Shown here piece by piece: positions 17,138 through 20,133 of a DNA stretch of 20,133 nucleotides. The stretch spans positions 1-20,133 of the forward strand of contig CBDDUX010000030.1 in NCBI GenBank assembly GCA_965234725.1, in the 5' to 3' direction. The translations under genes were made by a program, and so were the position numbers. How positions within the stretch are numbered: position 1 is the stretch's first letter; each line of letters opens with the position of its first letter. The DNA is from Thermoplasmatota archaeon (GTDB lineage Archaea; Thermoplasmatota; Penumbrarchaeia; Penumbrarchaeales; Penumbrarchaeaceae). The notes beneath the pieces are model-generated. The model saw only the letters and a program-made list of their open reading frames with translations, did no database searches and was not told the DNA's origin.

Positions 17138-17701
17138 ATGAAAATGGAACTTGGAACGGACGAAATACTGGTTTGGAATGAGCCTTGTCATATGATCATG
17201 AAAGGAGGGGTTGTTTTTGGGGACCTCACAATAACCAACAAGAGGTTGCTCTATAGAGCAAAGGACACTCCCAAATTCCTCTCACATTCCAGCAAGTTCA
17301 ATGATTTTTGGGACCTCGATGTTTCAAAGGTAAGTGAGATCAACATCCACAACATGGTAGGAATGGACCATCCCATGATCAGGATCAGATACAAAGAGGA
17401 TGAGGTTTTCCTTAGGTTCCCCGATTATGATCCCAGAAAAGCGGCCACTGCCCTGATCGTTTTTGTGAACCATGCAAGACTCATAGAAAGGGTAATGTCG
17501 GTCATGAGGAGCATTGACGGTAGCCTGAAGGAAGGAAATCTCAACGTTGGGGAAAACCTTCCCCATATTATGATAGACCTTCCAAACAAGGCTGATGAGG
17601 AATGCTTCCAATGCGGAAAACCCCTGGTGGAAGATGAGATCGACACATTAACGGACCAGATCAAGGAATGCTTCGGATGTATTCCGGATATGCCAGCTTG
17701 A
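17138..17701 (+). CDS. Hypothetical protein: PH/GRAM-like N-terminal domain and C-terminal Zn ribbon
   Basis: GDLTITNKRLLY resembles the GRAM/PH G.L.(L/I)T..R(L/I) motif. C-terminal CFQC...CFGC. Confidence 0.6.
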   Translation: MKMELGTDEILVWNEPCHMIMKGGVVFGDLTITNKRLLYRAKDTPKFLSHSSKFNDFWDLDVSKVSEINIHNMVGMDHPMIRIRYKEDEVFLRFPDYDPRKAATALIVFVNHARLIERVMSVMRSIDGSLKEGNLNVGENLPHIMIDLPNKADEECFQCGKPLVEDEIDTLTDQIKECFGCIPDMPA

Positions 17702-17706
17702 CCTGA

Positions 17707-18675
17707 TCAATTATTCCAAGGTAGATGGTCAAGGTCCACATTGCCCCCGGATAAGATGATCCCAATCCTCAGATCCTTGATGTCCAGTTTATTTTCAAGG
17801 ATAGCTCCTAATGGAACTGCAGCTGAAGGCTCGATTATCAGCTTTGTCCTTTCCCAGAAGAGCCTCATTGCATTACATATTCCATCTTCGCTGACAGTGA
17901 CGATGTCATTGACGTTCTTTTTGATTATAGAGAAAGTAAGTTCACTCAGAGAAGTTAGAAGACCATCGGCCATGGTATGAGGGTCCTTTGAAGGAACCAA
18001 CTCTCCTGATCTGAATGATCGAAATGCATCGTCTGCGTTCATTGGTTCTGCCGCAATGACCTTTGTTTCGGGGGAGATATATCTGACTGCAAGCGAGGTC
18101 CCTGAAAGCAGACCACCCCCACCCACCGGGATCATTACAATATCAAGGTCCTTGACATCATCAAGTAGCTCAACGGCTGCCGTTGCCTGTCCTGAGATGA
18201 TCCTTCCGTCATCGTATGGATGAATAAAGTTGGCTTGGGTCATTTCGATAACTGACCTTAGTGTTGACTCTCTGGAACTTAAAGTTGGATCGCAGAATGT
18301 TATCCTGGCCCCATATCCCTTAACAGCTTCCACTTTGACCTTTGGAGCGGTCCTTGGCATTACGATATATGCCGGGATCCCCCTGTTCCTGGCCGCCAAG
18401 GCAAGTGCCTGGGCATGGTTTCCCGAGGAATGGGTTGCAACTCCATGGATCGCTTCCTCATTGGATAGTGACAACACAGCATTTGTTGCTCCCCTGAACT
18501 TGAAAGCACCCACTTTCTGAAGGTTCTCGCATTTGAAGAAAAGATTTCCTCCCGATATTGAATCAAGGGTCCTCGATGTGATCACAGGGGTCCTGTTGAT
18601 ATGTGATTCTATCCTATAATGTGCGACCTGGATATCCTTTAGTGTCGGAATCCAGCGGTGGTCGTCGACATCCAT
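17707..18675 (-). CDS. Fold-type II PLP enzyme, serine racemase / serine-threonine dehydratase family
   Basis: RTPV, FKCENLQKVGAFKFRGA (PLP Lys), HSSGNHAQ, VGGGGLLSG, EPMNADD, ADGL, IEPSAA, SGGNVD. No C-terminal ACT domain. Confidence 0.92.
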   Translation of the reverse strand: MDVDDHRWIPTLKDIQVAHYRIESHINRTPVITSRTLDSISGGNLFFKCENLQKVGAFKFRGATNAVLSLSNEEAIHGVATHSSGNHAQALALAARNRGIPAYIVMPRTAPKVKVEAVKGYGARITFCDPTLSSRESTLRSVIEMTQANFIHPYDDGRIISGQATAAVELLDDVKDLDIVMIPVGGGGLLSGTSLAVRYISPETKVIAAEPMNADDAFRSFRSGELVPSKDPHTMADGLLTSLSELTFSIIKKNVNDIVTVSEDGICNAMRLFWERTKLIIEPSAAVPLGAILENKLDIKDLRIGIILSGGNVDLDHLPWNN

Positions 18676-18744
18676 CAGTTGTCACCCATTGCCAATGGTG
18701 GAAGGTCGATATAAAAACTGGTCAGGGGATGTCCCCGGAATCAT

Positions 18745-19911
18745 CTATTTTCTTCTGGGGATGAGTTTTCCTGCTATTCGAATGAGCTTACGGAGCAATT
18801 TGGGATCCTTCGATCTGAGATCGACCGAATTATGGGGGCATAGTTCGTGGCAGCAGAAACACCTGATGCATTTACTGTAGTCTATATAGGCCTTCTCTTT
18901 GACGATCATGATCGCACTTCCCGCACAATTATCCCTGCATACTCCACATCCCACACATGATCTTCTATTTATGATCGGTTTGGCTGTGGTCAGGCTGACG
19001 GAAAGTCTTTTCAAAGGTTTGGGAAGATTCCCGATAACACCTCCTTTGGAAGAATGTTCAAATGGATGTGAAAGTTTGAAGGTCTTTCCTGGTCCGGTTA
19101 TGTTTATAGTATCATTGAAATCCAGGAGGTTCGACTCTCGAGCGGCATACATGATCGGCATCCTTTCGGGATCAAGTCCGGTCAATCTACAAACATGAAG
19201 ATCTAACCCCAGATGATCCTTCCCGGATATGATCAAACCAATGTCTCTTGGATTACCTCCTGCAGGACCGTTCCCATCCATGCCTACTATACCATCTACC
19301 ATGAAGAGATCAACTTTGCACATGTCAGTAAGGTCCAGCAGCATCTTTGAAAAGGCCACTGCATCAGGAAATCTTGTATGATATCTTACCTTCTCTGTTC
19401 CAGGAATTGCTCCGAACATTATCTTGGATGCGCATGTTAGACCACAGAACATGTGGGTCTTGATCTTCGGTGCTGCGATTATCAGGTCGCAATCCCTTAT
19501 GTAGTCACTGATCTGGAACGCTTTCGTGAAACTTCCCTGGAGATACTGCTCCTTATGAGATTTGGTGTTTAGATTCAGTAAGGCTCCGGTATCATCCGAT
19601 ACCTGTTGAAGGCCTGATTCCCTGTAACATTTCTTCAATGAATCTTCGTTGAAAAGGCCTCCCGGTGAGTCACCAATGATCACGCTGCCCCCTCTCGATC
19701 GAACCTCTTCAACCAGTGCTTTCACGAATACGGGATGGGTGGTAATCATCTTTTCCGGGGTGGATGCCGAAAGCAGATTGACCTTAATTAGGACCTTCTT
19801 TCCCGAAAGGTCCTTGAAATTTGGATATTGGTCCAGATGTTCATTTACCTGCTTTGATACCATCCCGGGATCATACTGAGTGCATTTGGTAATGTGTATG
19901 GAGCTATTCAG
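18745..19911 (-). CDS. DUF362 domain protein with C-terminal 2x[4Fe-4S] ferredoxin; start possibly CTG 19911
   Basis: KVLIKVNLL, TTHP, GDSPGG, PKIKTH, DGIVGMDGNGP, CVGCGVCRDNC, CIRCFCCHELCP. In-frame upstream extension LNSSIHITKCTQYDPG before ATG 19863. Confidence 0.88.
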   Translation of the reverse strand: MNSSIHITKCTQYDPGMVSKQVNEHLDQYPNFKDLSGKKVLIKVNLLSASTPEKMITTHPVFVKALVEEVRSRGGSVIIGDSPGGLFNEDSLKKCYRESGLQQVSDDTGALLNLNTKSHKEQYLQGSFTKAFQISDYIRDCDLIIAAPKIKTHMFCGLTCASKIMFGAIPGTEKVRYHTRFPDAVAFSKMLLDLTDMCKVDLFMVDGIVGMDGNGPAGGNPRDIGLIISGKDHLGLDLHVCRLTGLDPERMPIMYAARESNLLDFNDTINITGPGKTFKLSHPFEHSSKGGVIGNLPKPLKRLSVSLTTAKPIINRRSCVGCGVCRDNCAGSAIMIVKEKAYIDYSKCIRCFCCHELCPHNSVDLRSKDPKLLRKLIRIAGKLIPRRK

Positions 19912-20053
19912 TAGATTACCTCACCAGGGTGTTGTTCAAAAAGGTATAAATTGATTTTGATAAGTATTGCTACCTTTATATTTGGAAACAAAAGGCTTAA
20001 ACACTTGTTCATATTAGCCCCGTTTCATTCGCCATCCATGCGTAAAAGAACAT

Positions 20054-20127
20054 GGGCCTGTGGGGTAGCTTGGTTATCCTCGTGGCTTTGGGAGCCATGA
20101 ACTCCGGTTCAAATCCGGGCGGGCCCA
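20054..20127 (+). tRNA. tRNA-Pro(UGG), no intron, CCA not encoded
   Basis: Acceptor GGGCCTG/CGGGCCC-A, anticodon arm GTGGC-TT-TGG-GA-GCCAT, T-arm TCCGG-TTCAAAT-CCGGG. Confidence 0.96.
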
Positions 20128-20133
20128 TCCTAA

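Noticed and set aside
637-19879. Numerous antisense and alternate-frame ORFs in the track
   Set aside because: They overlap well-supported genes and show no family motifs.
410-20127. The 410-426 fragment and the tRNA-Pro 3' end as direct repeats flanking a 19.7-kb island
   Set aside because: Only 13/17 identical. The geometry is also wrong: a duplicated 3' fragment should lie downstream of the intact tRNA, and the integrase would fall outside the island.
1-20133. CRISPR array, IS element or rRNA
   Set aside because: No regularly spaced repeats, transposase motifs, terminal inverted repeats or rRNA-like sequence seen.

Overview
Archaeal chromosomal segment, probably Thermoplasmatota (inferred from the integrase type, TATA boxes about 25 nt before start codons, GGAGGTGA-type SD sites and a tRNA without encoded CCA). 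Left edge: the 5' part of a tyrosine integrase gene next to a 17-nt tRNA 3'-end-like fragment (probable att boundary of an integrated element lying left of the window), then an AAA_14/DUF4143 ATPase. The centre is a co-oriented 8.7-kb cluster of 15 genes (2013-10688) resembling an expanded 'orange protein' (ORP/MTH1175) metal-sulfur locus: DUF134, two DUF5320, a Cys-rich peptide, two NifB/NifX-family proteins, two MinD-like 4Fe-4S ATPases, IscU, DUF1847, MBL hydrolase, thioredoxin, radical SAM, PLP aminotransferase and a CGGC protein. The right half carries DUF2892, YbaN, a large LamG/cadherin-like surface protein, DUF432-MscS, a PH-like/Zn-ribbon protein, a serine racemase-like enzyme, a DUF362 Fe-S protein and tRNA-Pro(UGG). 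Three genes have family-typical N-termini with no in-frame ATG/GTG/TTG and may start at ATT, ATT and CTG behind SD-like motifs. All family assignments come from motif recognition by eye; no searches were run.
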